The notes under the pieces were generated by a model. That model saw only the letters and a list, made by a program, of their open reading frames with translations. It ran no database searches and was not told the origin of the DNA. DNA of 62,997 nucleotides, the filler included, from Conidiobolus incongruus B7586 (taxonomy: Eukaryota): assembly GCA_000697335.1 (NCBI GenBank). It is 21 parts of 21 records of this genome, joined end to end, with 100 filler letters (N's around TTAATTAATTAA, not from the genome) between each part and the next. Parts side by side here need not be neighbours in the genome. Positions count along the whole stretch, not along the records: positions 12,981 to 14,095 come from JNEM01007184.1; positions 14,196 to 15,346 come from JNEM01007186.1; positions 15,447 to 16,831 come from JNEM01007187.1; positions 16,932 to 18,066 come from JNEM01007189.1; positions 18,167 to 19,262 come from JNEM01007191.1; positions 19,363 to 23,915 come from JNEM01007194.1; positions 24,016 to 25,104 come from JNEM01007195.1; positions 25,205 to 26,697 come from JNEM01007196.1; 13 more parts are not named here. One strand, given 5' to 3'. Each line of letters opens with the position of its first letter. Within the stretch, counting starts at the first letter, position 1. This document shows positions 13,827-26,797 of the stretch, in pieces. The translations under genes were made by a program, and so were the position numbers.

Positions 13827-14095
13827 TGTAAGTGTAGTGGTAGTTAAACTAATATAGTGCAGAGGAAGACTTAATATAAAAGTAGTGTGGCGCAGAACGT
13901 GGTAATATAACGTGGCTGTAGCGTGCAAGTGTAAACAAAGTTTAATTAAGCTTCAAACTAGGGTGAGTCACCGATATATTAAGATTTATATTAGGTAGTG
14001 CCAATATCCTACAATATCAACAGAATATAGTCTCAATCTTAGAAATAGTGTAAAAGTAAAAATAGTAAGAATTGAGAGGAAAAAAGAGGAACCTT
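13827..14095 (-). mobile_element. LTR of gypsy family G1 (3' or solo LTR), lightly mutated
   Basis: Starts tgtaag on +, no adjacent PBS. Retains 5 CpG. Cut by gap. Confidence 0.85.
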
Positions 14096-14598
14096 NNNNN
14101 NNNNNNNNNNNNNNNNNNNNNNNNNNNNNNNNNNNNNNNTTAATTAATTAANNNNNNNNNNNNNNNNNNNNNNNNNNNNNNNNNNNNNNNNNNNNATTTA
14201 AATAAATATATATTAAACTATATAATTAATATATATATTTTTTTAAAATATTAATATATAAAATTAAATTTAATTAATTACTAATTGATATATAAAAACT
14301 AAAAGTATATTTAAAATAAGTTATAAATTTATAGACTTTAATATTAATAGAAAATTAATATCTTATATATTTATCATTTGTTTTTCAAACTTTTTTAAGT
14401 TTATAAGGTATAAAGTTAATTATCTTTTTATATTAAGCAAAAATAATATTATTTTATGTTACTTAAATAAAATTTTAAAGTTATTTTAAAATTTTTGTTA
14501 AGGGGAAAGCTATAATTAATTTTTTTAGTTGATTTTAAAAATATTCAATTAAGTTAAATATTAGAGATTAAAAAAGTTATTTTATAATAGTTATTTTA

Positions 14599-16525
14599 TT
14601 AGTATAGAAATTAAGAAATGGCAAATTTTTTAATTTCCAATCTTTCAAACATAATATACATTTTGAAAGATTATATATATATATAATATATAGGAAAATA
14701 AATATTTTCAAACTAAATATATATATTCAATTTTAATTATTTTTTTTATTAAAATATTTTGATTTTAATATTTACACTTAAATTTAATAATGCTTAAACC
14801 AGATTGTGATTATCAAAAGGCTTTTATTTTTGTATCTTTAAAACTTAACCATAAACCCTCTAAAATCATCCAAAACTTGCAAACAGCTTATGGAGATGGT
14901 GCTTTATCTAAAACTACCATATATTGCTGGATTTGTGATTTTAAAGCTAGAAGGGACACTATTCAAAATTTACCAAAATCTGGAAGACTAATTTCTACTG
15001 TCACTTTTTCACTTACCAATAGAGTAAAAAAATATATTAAAATAAATATATATTAAAAACTTAATAAATTTTTTATTATTAATAACTTTTTGCTATATTT
15101 TTAATTAACTTTTAATACTTAAAAAATAATTTTTTTTATTTAAATCTAAAATTTAATATTTCACAAATTAATTAAATATATTATAAAAATTGGTTTTATT
15201 ATAATCTGACTTTTTAATTACTTAAAGCAATTTTAGTTACATAAGTTATAATCTAAAAAATATACTAGATATGATAATACTTTCTTATTATTTTTAATTA
15301 GAAAGTTTTTTATAACTTAAATTTATATATTTTATAATTTATAATANNNNNNNNNNNNNNNNNNNNNNNNNNNNNNNNNNNNNNNNNNNNTTAATTAATT
15401 AANNNNNNNNNNNNNNNNNNNNNNNNNNNNNNNNNNNNNNNNNNNNAAAACTTAACCATAAACCCTCTAAAATCATCCAAAACTTGCAAACAGCTTATGG
15501 AGATGGTGCTTTATCTAAAACTACCATATATTGCTGGATTTGTGATTTTAAAGCTAGAAGGGACACTATTCAAAATTTACCAAAATCTGGAAGACTAATT
15601 TCTACTGTCACTTTTTCACTTACCAATAGAGTAAAAAAATATATTAAGAAATACCCTTTTATTTCTGCTAAAGAACTATCAAAGCAATTTAATATTAATT
15701 ATACAAGCATGTTATATTTACTTAAGTTTAAACTTAGATTAATTAATAAAAATGTAAAATAGATACCTTATAATTTAACAGAAACCCAAAAGAAAACTAG
15801 AGTAGCTATAGCTAAACTAAACTTATTAAGATATAACCAAAAACAAAGGTTTTTACAGTGAATACTTGTAATTGATGAATCTTGGATTCCTTTATATAAT
15901 CCTTTACCTAAAAATAAAACAAGATATTAGGTTAAGCTAAATTAATCCCCTCCACAAATTCCAATAAATAAATACTTTAAATATAAGCAAATGTTAATTG
16001 TTGTAATAGATTATAATGGTATATGGTTTTCTTATTTAATACCTCAAGGAAAATCAATCAATAGTAAGTTATATATTATTATTTTAAATAAAACAATTTC
16101 TAAATGGTGTTCTCAATATAAATTAAAGACACTTATTATTTTGCATGATAATTGCAAAATACATAAAGCTAAAGCTGTAAAAGATTTTTTATATAAAAAA
16201 AATTGGAGGGAGTTACCACATCTAGTATATTCACCTGATTATAATCCATGTGATTATAATTGTTTTGGACAATTAAAAAAACAGCTTGCAGGAAAAAAAA
16301 TTCCTGCAAACAAATTAAATTGGTTTGTGAAACATCAAATTTCAGTCCTTAATAAAAAAAACTGTTTTTTAGGTATTAGAAGCTTACTAAAGGTATAGAA
16401 AAGAGTTATTAATAATAAAAGAGGCTATTAATTTTATATTATTCATTAATTTTTATATAATATTTATTAATTTATTTGTTTAATTTTAATTTTAAAATTG
16501 TGCCATTACTTAATTTCTGCACTAA
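14599..16525 (+). mobile_element. mariner (DD34D) element, subfamily B, with decayed transposase 14790-16398
   Basis: TIRs ttagtatagaaattaagaaatggca and tgccattacttaatttctgcactaa, TA TSD. HTH (YGDGALSKTTIYCW..DFK), K*IPYNL (WVPHEL-like), VIDESW, HDN-34-D (YSPDYNPCDY). Spans a gap with a duplicated 200 bp. Confidence 0.9.
15049..15346 (-). mobile_element. mariner subfamily C 3' fragment
   Basis: Aligns with 27950-28230; very degenerate, no TIR seen. Confidence 0.6.
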
Positions 16526-16931
16526 TATTATTTTTAAGTTATTTAATGATAAAATATATAGTATAACAAAAGGTATTATTTTGTTAGAAAATAATATTTA
16601 ATTTTTTGAATATATATTATTTAAAAGTTTTTTTTAATTTATTATTTTAAATACTTAAATATATCTTAGTATTAATACCCTATTAACCTTATAAAAATAC
16701 CTTATATCTAAAGATAATATATATTTTCTTAAAATATAATTAACTTATTATTATATATTTAAATTATAATAACATAATAGTTATTAAGTAAATTTTTTTA
16801 TAATATCTAGTTTTTTTATTAAATTTATCAANNNNNNNNNNNNNNNNNNNNNNNNNNNNNNNNNNNNNNNNNNNNTTAATTAATTAANNNNNNNNNNNNN
16901 NNNNNNNNNNNNNNNNNNNNNNNNNNNNNNN

Positions 16932-18066
16932 ACCTTTAGCTTTTCTAACTTCTTTAAGTTTGTGGGGTATAGAATCAACTAACTTCTTACACTAAGAAAG
17001 GTTAATCTTATTCTATGCTTCTTGAATATATTTCTAAAGTTGATTTAAATTTTTTGCTGGGGGGAAAGCTTTAATAGCTTTTTTTAATTGATCCCAAAGG
17101 TATTCAATTAGATTAAGGTTAGGAGATTGAAGAGGCCACTTTATAACTGTTATCTTGTTATTTTTAAGCTATTTGGTAGTAGAAGCTGTAGTATAGCAAG
17201 AGGCATTATCTTGCTGGAAAATAACATCAGATTTGTTTAACCTATACTATTCAATGGTTTTTTTCAATTCATTGTTCAGAATACTTTAGTACATTTCAGC
17301 ATTAATTCCCCCATTAACTTTACAAAGATACCCTACACCTAAAGACAATATACATCCCTAAACAATAATTAACCCACTATTATACTTTTGGGTAAAATTA
17401 ACATGATGGTCACAAAGTAGTTTTGTATCTTTTCTGAAGCATCTAGCTTTTTCATTAGATCCACTAAAGTATATTTTTGTTTCATTAGACTAAATAACCT
17501 TATTCTAATCAGTTTTAGTTCAGCATTAGTGGTGATATTTAAACTCCCACCTAGCTTTACAATGGGATTTCTTTAGTTGGGGGTGTTTTTTCTTGAGGTG
17601 TAAGTAGTATCCATGCTAATGTAAAGCATGTATAATAGTATCAGTGTTAACCAATATTCTTGTATAGTTTTATAGTTCCTGCTGTATTTCTACAGCAGTA
17701 CCACACTTGCCTGTATTAACCAACCTATAGATATACTTCTCATTATGTTCATCTATGATCTTAGCACACTTAAGTTTAGGTTTAAATGTTTCTTTATTGC
17801 TATTCTTAACAGCCTTAGCTATAATAGACTAGCTAACACTAGTAATTCTAACAATATCATGAGTTGATTTACCTTCTTTATAAAGTTGATTGATGCACAA
17901 GTGGATTTTTTTAGAGAGGGATTTAAGTATAATGATACTAATAAAAAAAATTTAGTATATCTGTAAAGTATTATATAAAATAATAGCAAAGAGAGAAAAA
18001 AGATATGGTTATATATTGTTAAATATATCCCTTTATCTCAAAAACCCACAAATTTATAACTCACCT
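16932..18066 (-). mobile_element. Tc1-type transposon (family A), least mutated copy
   Basis: Reads FQQDNASCYTTASTTK*LKNNKITVIKWPLQSPNLNLIEYLWD, giving D-34-E spacing. First D in VI*SNETK. Confidence 0.9.
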
Positions 18067-18166
18067 NNNNNNNNNNNNNNNNNNNNNNNNNNNNNNNNNN
18101 NNNNNNNNNNTTAATTAATTAANNNNNNNNNNNNNNNNNNNNNNNNNNNNNNNNNNNNNNNNNNNN

Positions 18167-19764
18167 ACCTGTTAGAGGACATTAAAACTAGTTAAAAACT
18201 GCTGAGAGAATTAAAACAAGGTATTACTAGCTTTCCCTAGTTAAATTAGTTCAGAAATACACTAATACCTGTGATATATGTTAAAGAACTAAATATAATA
18301 CTCAACTAAAATATGGTAAACTTATTCCCCTACAAGTCCCTAATAAAACTTAACAACAAATCCAGCTTGATTTCATAGAAATTTTTAAATCAATAAATAT
18401 TTATCATAACTTACTAATTGTAATTGATTTATTTTCCAAATATGTTTATTTTATTCTTTGTTTCAAAACTTCTATAGTTAAAGATGTTGTATAATTGTTA
18501 TTTTTTAATATCTTTACCCACTATAGAATTCTACAAACTATTATATCTGATAGAAATGTACAATTCAACTTTTAATTTTAGAAGTCACTATCCTCTTCCT
18601 TTAAAATTAACTTAGCTATGTCTACTACTAATCATTACTAAACTAATAAACTTGTTAAAAAAACTATTAAAACCTTAAAGTAAATGATTAAAGCTTATAT
18701 TGACACTAATTAATTAAATTAAAATGCTTATATCTACTAACTCTAATATTCATTCAACACCTCTATCAATAAATCAACAGGTTTTAGCCTTTATTTCATC
18801 AATTATAGCAAATATCCTAACTCAATAATTACTCCAAAGCTTTAAATCAACTTACCTTTAAACATTATTGAATTTTAATCCAATATCAAATATATCAATT
18901 CCCTTGTTAAATTTAACTTAGAAGAAAATTAAAGGATTATAAAACAATAATACTTAAAGTTATCTAGAAACCCTCTTAAATATAAAACTAATATGTTTGT
19001 ATACTTAGAACAATCTACCCTTAAACCTAACTTACTTAAATCTAGCTTAAATCCTAAATACTTACCATTATATTATAGTCCCTATAAAATTTAAACTATT
19101 GATTCAAATTTTCAAAATATTACCTTGGAATTACCTTTAACTTTAAGGATCAACCCTACCTTTCACATATCTAAAATTAAACCATACTTTGAAGATTTTA
19201 ACACTTTTCCTAATTAATTAAAAACCCCAAAACTAGATCTAATATTAATTAAGATAGAGAAGNNNNNNNNNNNNNNNNNNNNNNNNNNNNNNNNNNNNNN
19301 NNNNNNTTAATTAATTAANNNNNNNNNNNNNNNNNNNNNNNNNNNNNNNNNNNNNNNNNNNNGAGTGTTAAGAGACTAGTTCTCTAAATTCTTATATACA
19401 CTTTCATATAATCCAATTAACTATAAATTATATGATTAATTTATACTTATATAGTTAAATTAATTGTATAAATAGTATTAAATTATCTAATAAACTAGGT
19501 TCCTCTTTTTCCTCTCAATTCTTACTATTTTTTACTTTCACACTATTTCTAAGATTGAGACTATATTCTATCAATATTGTAGGATATTGGCACTACCTAA
19601 TATAAATCTTAATATATCAGTGACTCATCCTAGTTTGAAGCTTAATTAAACTTTGTTTACACTTGCACACTACAGCCACATTATATTACCATGTTCTGCA
19701 CCACACTACTTTTATATTAAGTCTTCCTCTGTACTATATTAGTTTAACTACCACTACACTTATA
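18167..19764 (+). mobile_element. Gypsy family G1: integrase region and 3' LTR (19366-19764)
   Basis: Zn-finger GH*..KTAERIKTRYY*LSL..CDIC*RTK, SDR core, GPY-like YSPYKI and PTFHISKIKPY. After the gap, purines gag precede TGTTAAGAG...CTTATA. Confidence 0.85.
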
Positions 19765-22700
19765 GATTTGTTGTTAAATTTCATTAGGGATTTATAAAGG
19801 AATAAGTTTACCATATTTTAGTTGAGTATTATATTTAGTTCTTTAGCATATATTATAGATATTAGTGTATTTCTAAACTAATTTAACTAGGGAAAGTTAG
19901 TAATACTTTATTTTAATTCTCTCAGCAGTTTTTAACTAGTTTTAATGTCCTTTAACAAGTAAGTTATAACATTCATCAAATATTATTTGTTAGATTTTGG
20001 AAATATCAGGAATATATAAACAATTATTATAATATAATAAGTTATTGATAATTTTAAATCTTTTGACATATTTTAATTAGTTTTCTAATAGTTTAAAGAG
20101 TTTTTCTTTAACTAAAATAAAGAAATTATTATTTAATAGTGTTTTTTAAAGTAGTTTAATAAATTCTTTATTTCTTTTATTAATAATCATTAAGTTAATA
20201 TTTGCTAGATTTTTACAATTAGAATAAAAAGGTAAATATGTAAGATTTTTTAACAAAGTATCTACAACATAGTTTTATTAACCTAAAAGATATTAAATAA
20301 AGAAAAAATAAGCTTAGATAATTTTAATCTATTTAATTTATTTTCTTAATAAATACTTTTAAGTATTTAAGTAGATAAGTGATTTATAATTTATAAATAT
20401 TAAGAAAAAGTTGTAAGATAAGAAATGTAAGTGATTTTTAATTATTTCTATTAAAGTAAAAAGTTTTTATTTATAGACTAAGTATTTTAATTTAGCTGGT
20501 TTTATTTTTTTTAACCAGAATGTTATTAGTTTTAAGATAACATTTGTAAAGTTAAACTTAACTTATTCTCCCTTATTTATTATTTTATCTTATAGTTATA
20601 AGGTAAAATATAAATTAAATTTAAACTAGGTTAATTATTTACTAATTGTAAAAAAACTAGAGTTAATAAAAATAATAGTAGGTAATTTTAAATTAAAAAT
20701 AAATAAAGCAAAAACATTAGTAATATAGAAAATTAAAGTATTTATGTAGAAAATATATAGTAGGGTTTATTTAAAAAAAGAGTCTTTTTTAAAAGATTAA
20801 TAAAAAAAGTAATAAATTCAACAAAAGAATCAATGAAATCTTTAAAGTAATTTAATAATCTAAGTACAAACATAAGTTGATTTTTATTTATAAGTATAGT
20901 AAAAGCTTTAACACCATTGAGTTTAATTAAATTAATATTAATTCTTTAAAAGGAAATAATATAACTATAGAAAAAAATAGAAAAGGCACTAAAAATGTAT
21001 TTTGATAATTTTAAAGGTAATTTATATTCTTAAACAATTTATAAAACTTAATTAACATGTTAAATATATTTTTCTTTAGTTTTTAAATAGATTAAGATAT
21101 TATTAAAGTAGGTGATAATAAAGTTATTAAAAACAAAGTTAAAAAGGGAATTGATAAATTAAGTAAAAATTACAAAGGTATTACACAATTTAAAGTTTAT
21201 AATAGTAAATTTATAGTAACTTAAAAGAGTGTTGAAAATAGTTAAAGGGATAAAATTTTCTTTAACTCTAATATTATAATATTTATTCTTAACATCTAGT
21301 TTAATAAATATAGTTGATTTAAATAATTTATCTTTAATATTATATAGGTTTAATAATAAAATTTTATCCTTGATAGTTTTAGAGTTTAAAATATAATTAT
21401 CAATATATAATCTTTAACCACCATTAGCTTTTTTTACAAAGAAGATTAAAAATCCCTATAATAAAGAAAAAAGTCTAATATACCTATTTTTAAATAGTTT
21501 TTAGATTTCTTCTTTTAAAATTTGATATTATTTAAAAAATAAATGGTAAGTAAACTTTAAGTATAGTTGTGTATTAAAGAGTAATTTAATTTTATGTTTA
21601 ATATTATGTTTAAAAGGTAATCTATTTATAAATTCAAAAACATTAGCAAATTAACTTATTATATTATATAAAAAGTAGTTATTAAAAATAACTTTATTGA
21701 AATTAACAAATAAAATACTAATAGATAAATAATAAACAAATATATATCCCTATAAATTATTAAAGTTTTTAATTAGTTTTTTACATTGGTTTTTACTTAT
21801 AATAATAAAATTATTTGCTATAATTATAAAGTTAGTGTTAGGTATAATATTTAATAATTTTATAGTAAAGTAATATAAGTTTTTTAAGATTAATTCTACT
21901 AATTTTTTTTAGAATATAAAAAAAATAAATTTGTAGCTTTTTAAGGTAATATTCATAGATATAAAATTGTGATATTTAAACTAATTTTAACCTAGTATAA
22001 AATTATAACTAATGTTACTAACTAGGAATTTAATATATTAAAAGTAGTTAAAGGGTAATGATAAATATTTAAATATAATACTAGATGTTTATTCTATTAA
22101 GTTGTTAGTATATTTAATTATCAAGTTATTTTTTTAAGTAGGTAAAAATAACTTTATAATAATAAAAGAAAAAATAATACAACTAGAATAATTAGAATCA
22201 ATTAAAACACTAACAAGTATATTTATAAAAGAATTAATTAACACAAACAATAGGGTAATAGTTAAAAGTAAAAAATTACAAGGTAGATTAGTTACTAAAA
22301 TATTTCTAGTTTCTAATAATTTAATCAGTTGGATTTCTCTAGTATAAATAGTTTAATTTATAGAATCAGTAGTTTATTAGAACTTTTGTAGATTAGATTA
22401 AAATCTACTAACTAATTATAAAAGGGGTGATTTTAAGGTTATATTAATATTATTCAAGTTTGATTTATAGTTGGTAAGTTAAAATTATTGAGAATTAAAC
22501 AGATGTTGCTTTTTTAAAGGGTATTTATTAGCTTTATAGTTAACTTAAGTTTTTTAATAGTAATAACAACCTTTGTTTATTTTTAAGTAGGCTTTAACTT
22601 CTTCATTAAAAGTTTTCTTATAAAGCTTTAAAACAGAAACATCTATTATTTAAAACTTAAGTAGGTTAAAGTAAAGTTTAAAAGATTAATTTTTAAAGTA

Positions 22701-23915
22701 GAAAAATTTAATTATAGAGTAAAGGATATTATTGATTATAATTATTATATCACAAATGTCAAAAAAAACATATTATCAAAGTATTCCCTATTAACTAATT
22801 AGAGCTTCACTTGAAAATTAAGGTATTATAATAATTTGTGGATTTATTCTTCTTTAGTGATATTTAATATATTTAAACATATCTTATTAAATTTCTCAAT
22901 TAATTATCTTGTAGAAGTTTTTTATTTAAGTTAAGAAAACTTTTCTTTTGCTAATTAAATTTAATTTTTTAAGTAATACCTTTCTTTAAAGGTTTTTTCT
23001 AATTGTTTAAAAGTTTATATCTTTATAATAAGTTATCCTCTTGAAGATTCTTTAGGATTAAGTTTATAATAAGTTAACTACCAAATATAAACAGATTTTT
23101 CTAAAAAAAATGGTTAATTTAAAGATATTCTTTAAATCTTTATCTAAAATTAAATCAAAATAATTTTTTATATTTTTAAAGTAGTTTTCAAGCTTATAAA
23201 GGTTTTTAAAATTATCATAAGAAGTTAATTTATCTTTAAAGATACTAAAGAGGTAGTTTAATATATTAACTATAATAAAATAGCTAGTTTGTTAGATTTA
23301 AGCTTTTTAAGACATGTTTTTTTTAATTAAAAATTATCTAATATAAGTTTTTTAAAAGGTAATAAGTTTTTAAAAACTAAAATCTTAGATTTATTTAGTA
23401 ATTAAATTGTTATCATTATTAAAATAATATAAGGATATCTTTTTTTTAATAGTATTATAATATATAATATTAAATATAAATGAAATAAATTATAGATAAA
23501 ATTTAAAATAGTAATAATTAAGTTTAATATAGACAATTATTAATTTCTAGTAAGTTTTTAATAGTTTTATTGTTATTATTATATAAGTATAGTGGTAGTT
23601 AAACTAATATAGTGTAAAAGAAAACTTAATATAAAAGTAATGTGTATAAAACATAGTAATATAGTATAGCTATAATGTACAAGTGTAAACAAAGTTTAAT
23701 TAAGCTTTAAACTAGGATGAGTCACTGATATATTAAGATTTATATTAGGTAGTACTAATATCCTACAATATTAACAAAATATAGTTTCAATTTTAGAAAT
23801 AGTATAAAAGTAAAAAATAATAAGAATTGAGAGGAAAAAGAAAAATCTAGTTTATTAGATAATTTAATGCTATTTATACAATTAATTTAACTATATAAGT
23901 ATAAATTAATTATAT
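19765..23915 (-). mobile_element. Gypsy family G1: 5' LTR (23582-23915), gag, PR, RT, RH and start of IN, extremely mutated
   Basis: 19765-19960 is the reverse complement of 18167-18362. RT catalytic site reads YFNN at 21099-21110 (from YLDD). Gag and LTR align with 6915-8728. Confidence 0.85.
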
Positions 23916-24015
23916 NNNNNNNNNNNNNNNNNNNNNNNNNNNNNNNNNNNNNNNNNNNNTTAATTAATTAANNNNNNNNNNNNNNNNNNNNNNNNNNNNN
24001 NNNNNNNNNNNNNNN

Positions 24016-25104
24016 CTCCCCTCTCAAGACAATTCAAGGAATTAACGTTGAAATCCGCAGAATTGGGTTGACTAAGCCAACCTCTGATGGTGTAACTAGA
24101 AGCATCAGTCATTAGAATGACAGGTAAAGAAGGGTCAAAACTTCTTAAAGTTGGGGCTGTGGTTACAGCATTAATCAGAGAAATAAAGGCAAAATGTTCA
24201 AGATATCCCCAATTCCAAGGCATATCTTTGCGGAGTAGATTGGTTAAGGGTGAGGCAAGTTCAGCATATCCATCAATGAAGTCTTTGAAATAATTGACCA
24301 TACCTAAAAATGATTGTAAGGAATTAAGATCGGTTGGAATAGGCCAGGAATGTAAAGCGGCAATTTTTTCGGGATCAACTTTAATACCGTTAGAGGACAG
24401 GATATGGCCACAGAAAGGTACTTCAGAAACACCAAAATGGCATTTAGACAGTTTTACAGGGAGAGAGTGTTTCCTAAAAATGTCAAAGATGTGTTGGACA
24501 TGTTTGAGATGGTCTTCAAATGTTTTAGAAAATATCAAGATATCATCAAGGTATGATATGACGAAAACGTCTTGTGATTCAAAGAAAAGAGAATTCATGA
24601 GTCTTGTGAACATAGCGGGTGCGTTGCATAACCCAAAAGGTAGGACAGTGAATTCGTAATGGCCGAAACGAGTATTAAAAGCGGTTAATGGAATTGAGTC
24701 AGAGTCCATGGCAATGTTATAATAACCATCGTGCATGTCGAGTTTTGTAAAGAATTTAGATCCTAAAATTTGGTCACGTAATTCAGAAAGATTTGGTAAC
24801 AGCGTTCTGTCTTTGATGGTCATTTTGTTCAAAGCTTGGAAGTCTACACAAAAACATAGTCCACCATCTTTCTTCTTGACAAAGAGGACGGGAGAACCCC
24901 AGGGTGAGGTTGAGGGATGGATGAAACCCTTATCAATGAGTTGAGATAAAGGTTTCTTTCAGAGTTTTATTTTCTTCTGTGGACATGTGATAAATGGGAC
25001 GGTGATAAGGTTGAGATCCAGGGAGTAGTTTGATCTTGTGTTTGACTTCTCTTTCAGGGGGTAAAGAATCTCTTGGTTTGAATATATCTTGATAGGAATT
25101 GACT
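24016..25104 (-). mobile_element. Ty3/gypsy pol fragment (RT plus RNase H start), second family G2, lightly mutated
   Basis: [54 protein letters not shown]. One +1 frameshift near 24948-24950. Confidence 0.95.
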
Positions 25105-25204
25105 NNNNNNNNNNNNNNNNNNNNNNNNNNNNNNNNNNNNNNNNNNNNTTAATTAATTAANNNNNNNNNNNNNNNNNNNNNNNNNNNNNNNNNNNNNNNN
25201 NNNN

Positions 25205-26652
25205 AATAAATATATTTAGATATATATAGTAAACTATTAGCAAAAATATTAACCCTTAATATTTAACCAAGGTGAGTTATAAATTTGCAGATTTTTGAGA
25301 TAAGGGGATATATTTAACAATATATAACTATATCTTTTTTCTCTCTTTGCTATTATTTTATATTATATTTTATAGATATATTAAATTTTTTTATTAGTAT
25401 TATTATACTTAAATCCCTCTCTAAAAAAATTTACTTGTGCATTAATTAACTTTGTAAAAAAGGTAAATCAACTTATAATATTGCTAGAATTACTAGTGTT
25501 AGCTAGTTTATTATAGCTAGGGTTGTTAAGAATAATAATAAAAAAACATTTAAACTTAAACTTAAGTGTGTTAAAATTATAGATAAACATAATAAGAAGT
25601 ATATTTATAGATTGGTTAATATAAGCAAGTGTGGTACTACTGTAGAAATACAATAAGAACTATAAAATTATATAAGAATATTAGTTAGCACTAATACTAT
25701 TATATGTGTTTTATGTTAGAATAGATACCACTTGCACTTTAAGAAAAAATACCCCTAACTAAAAAAATCCCATTGTAAAGCTAGGTGGGAGTTTAAATAT
25801 TATCATTAATATTAAATTAAAACTAATTAGAGTAAGGTTATTTAGTTTAATGAGATAAAAATATACTCTAGTAGATTTAATAAAAAAGCTAGATGCTTTA
25901 GAAAAGATACAGAACTATTTTATAACCATCATGTTAATTTTACCTAAAAATACAATAATAGGTCAATTATTGTTTAAGGATGTATATTGTCTTTAGGTGT
26001 AAAGTATCTTTATAAAGTTAATAAGAGAATTAATACTAAAATATACTAAAGTATTCTAAACAATAAATTGAAAAAAAACTATTAAATAGTATAGGTTAAA
26101 TAAATCTGATATTATTTTCTAATAAGATAATACCTCTTGTTATATTATAGCTTTTACTACCAAATAACTTAAAAATAATAAGATAATAGTTATAAAGTAG
26201 CTTTTTCAATCTCTTAACTTTAATCCAATTAAATACCTTTGGGATTAATTAAAAAAAGTTATTAAAGTTTTCCCCTTAGTTAAAGATTTAGATTAACTTT
26301 AAGAATATGTTCAAGAAGCATAGAATAAGATTAACCTTTCTTAGTGTAAAAAGTTAGTTGATTCTATAGCCTATAAACTTAAAGAAGTTAGAAAAGTTAA
26401 AGATAGATACACTAGGTTTTAATTATTTTTTATCACCAAAAACCCACAAATTTATGACTCACCCTAGGTAAAATTTAATGGTTTATATTTTAGTCAATTA
26501 ATAGCTAAATATCATCATTTAATAATATATATAATTAATAAATATAATAGATTTTAATTATTTAATTTAGATTTATTTTATTAAATATTAATCAAGTTAT
26601 TAGTAAAAATATAAATGTTTTTGATTTTATGACTTACTTTTGTAGATTAGTA
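25205..26652 (+). mobile_element. Tc1-type transposon (family A), degenerate
   Basis: Colinear with 28844-30408; right TIR gacttacttttgtagattagta then TA. Confidence 0.85.
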
Positions 26653-26797
26653 TATCTTTAAGATTTAATAAGTAATATTTAAAGAATATTATATTTTNNN
26701 NNNNNNNNNNNNNNNNNNNNNNNNNNNNNNNNNNNNNNNNNTTAATTAATTAANNNNNNNNNNNNNNNNNNNNNNNNNNNNNNNNNNNNNNNNNNNN

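Larger units (their letters stand above)
14196..16831 (-). mobile_element. Tc1-type transposon (family A), degenerate, host of mariner B
   Basis: Family A sequence 14196-14598 continues at 16526-16831. Confidence 0.75.

Noticed and set aside
14840..15647. Identical ~200-bp mariner segment on both sides of a gap, with an inverted fragment between
   Set aside because: Exact identity across a gap in a genome where copies otherwise diverge points to repeat collapse or misassembly. Long reads are needed.
24948..24950. +1 frameshift upstream of the RT core as programmed frameshifting
   Set aside because: It lies inside pol rather than at the gag-pol junction and in a short homopolymer; sequencing error or decay is more likely.
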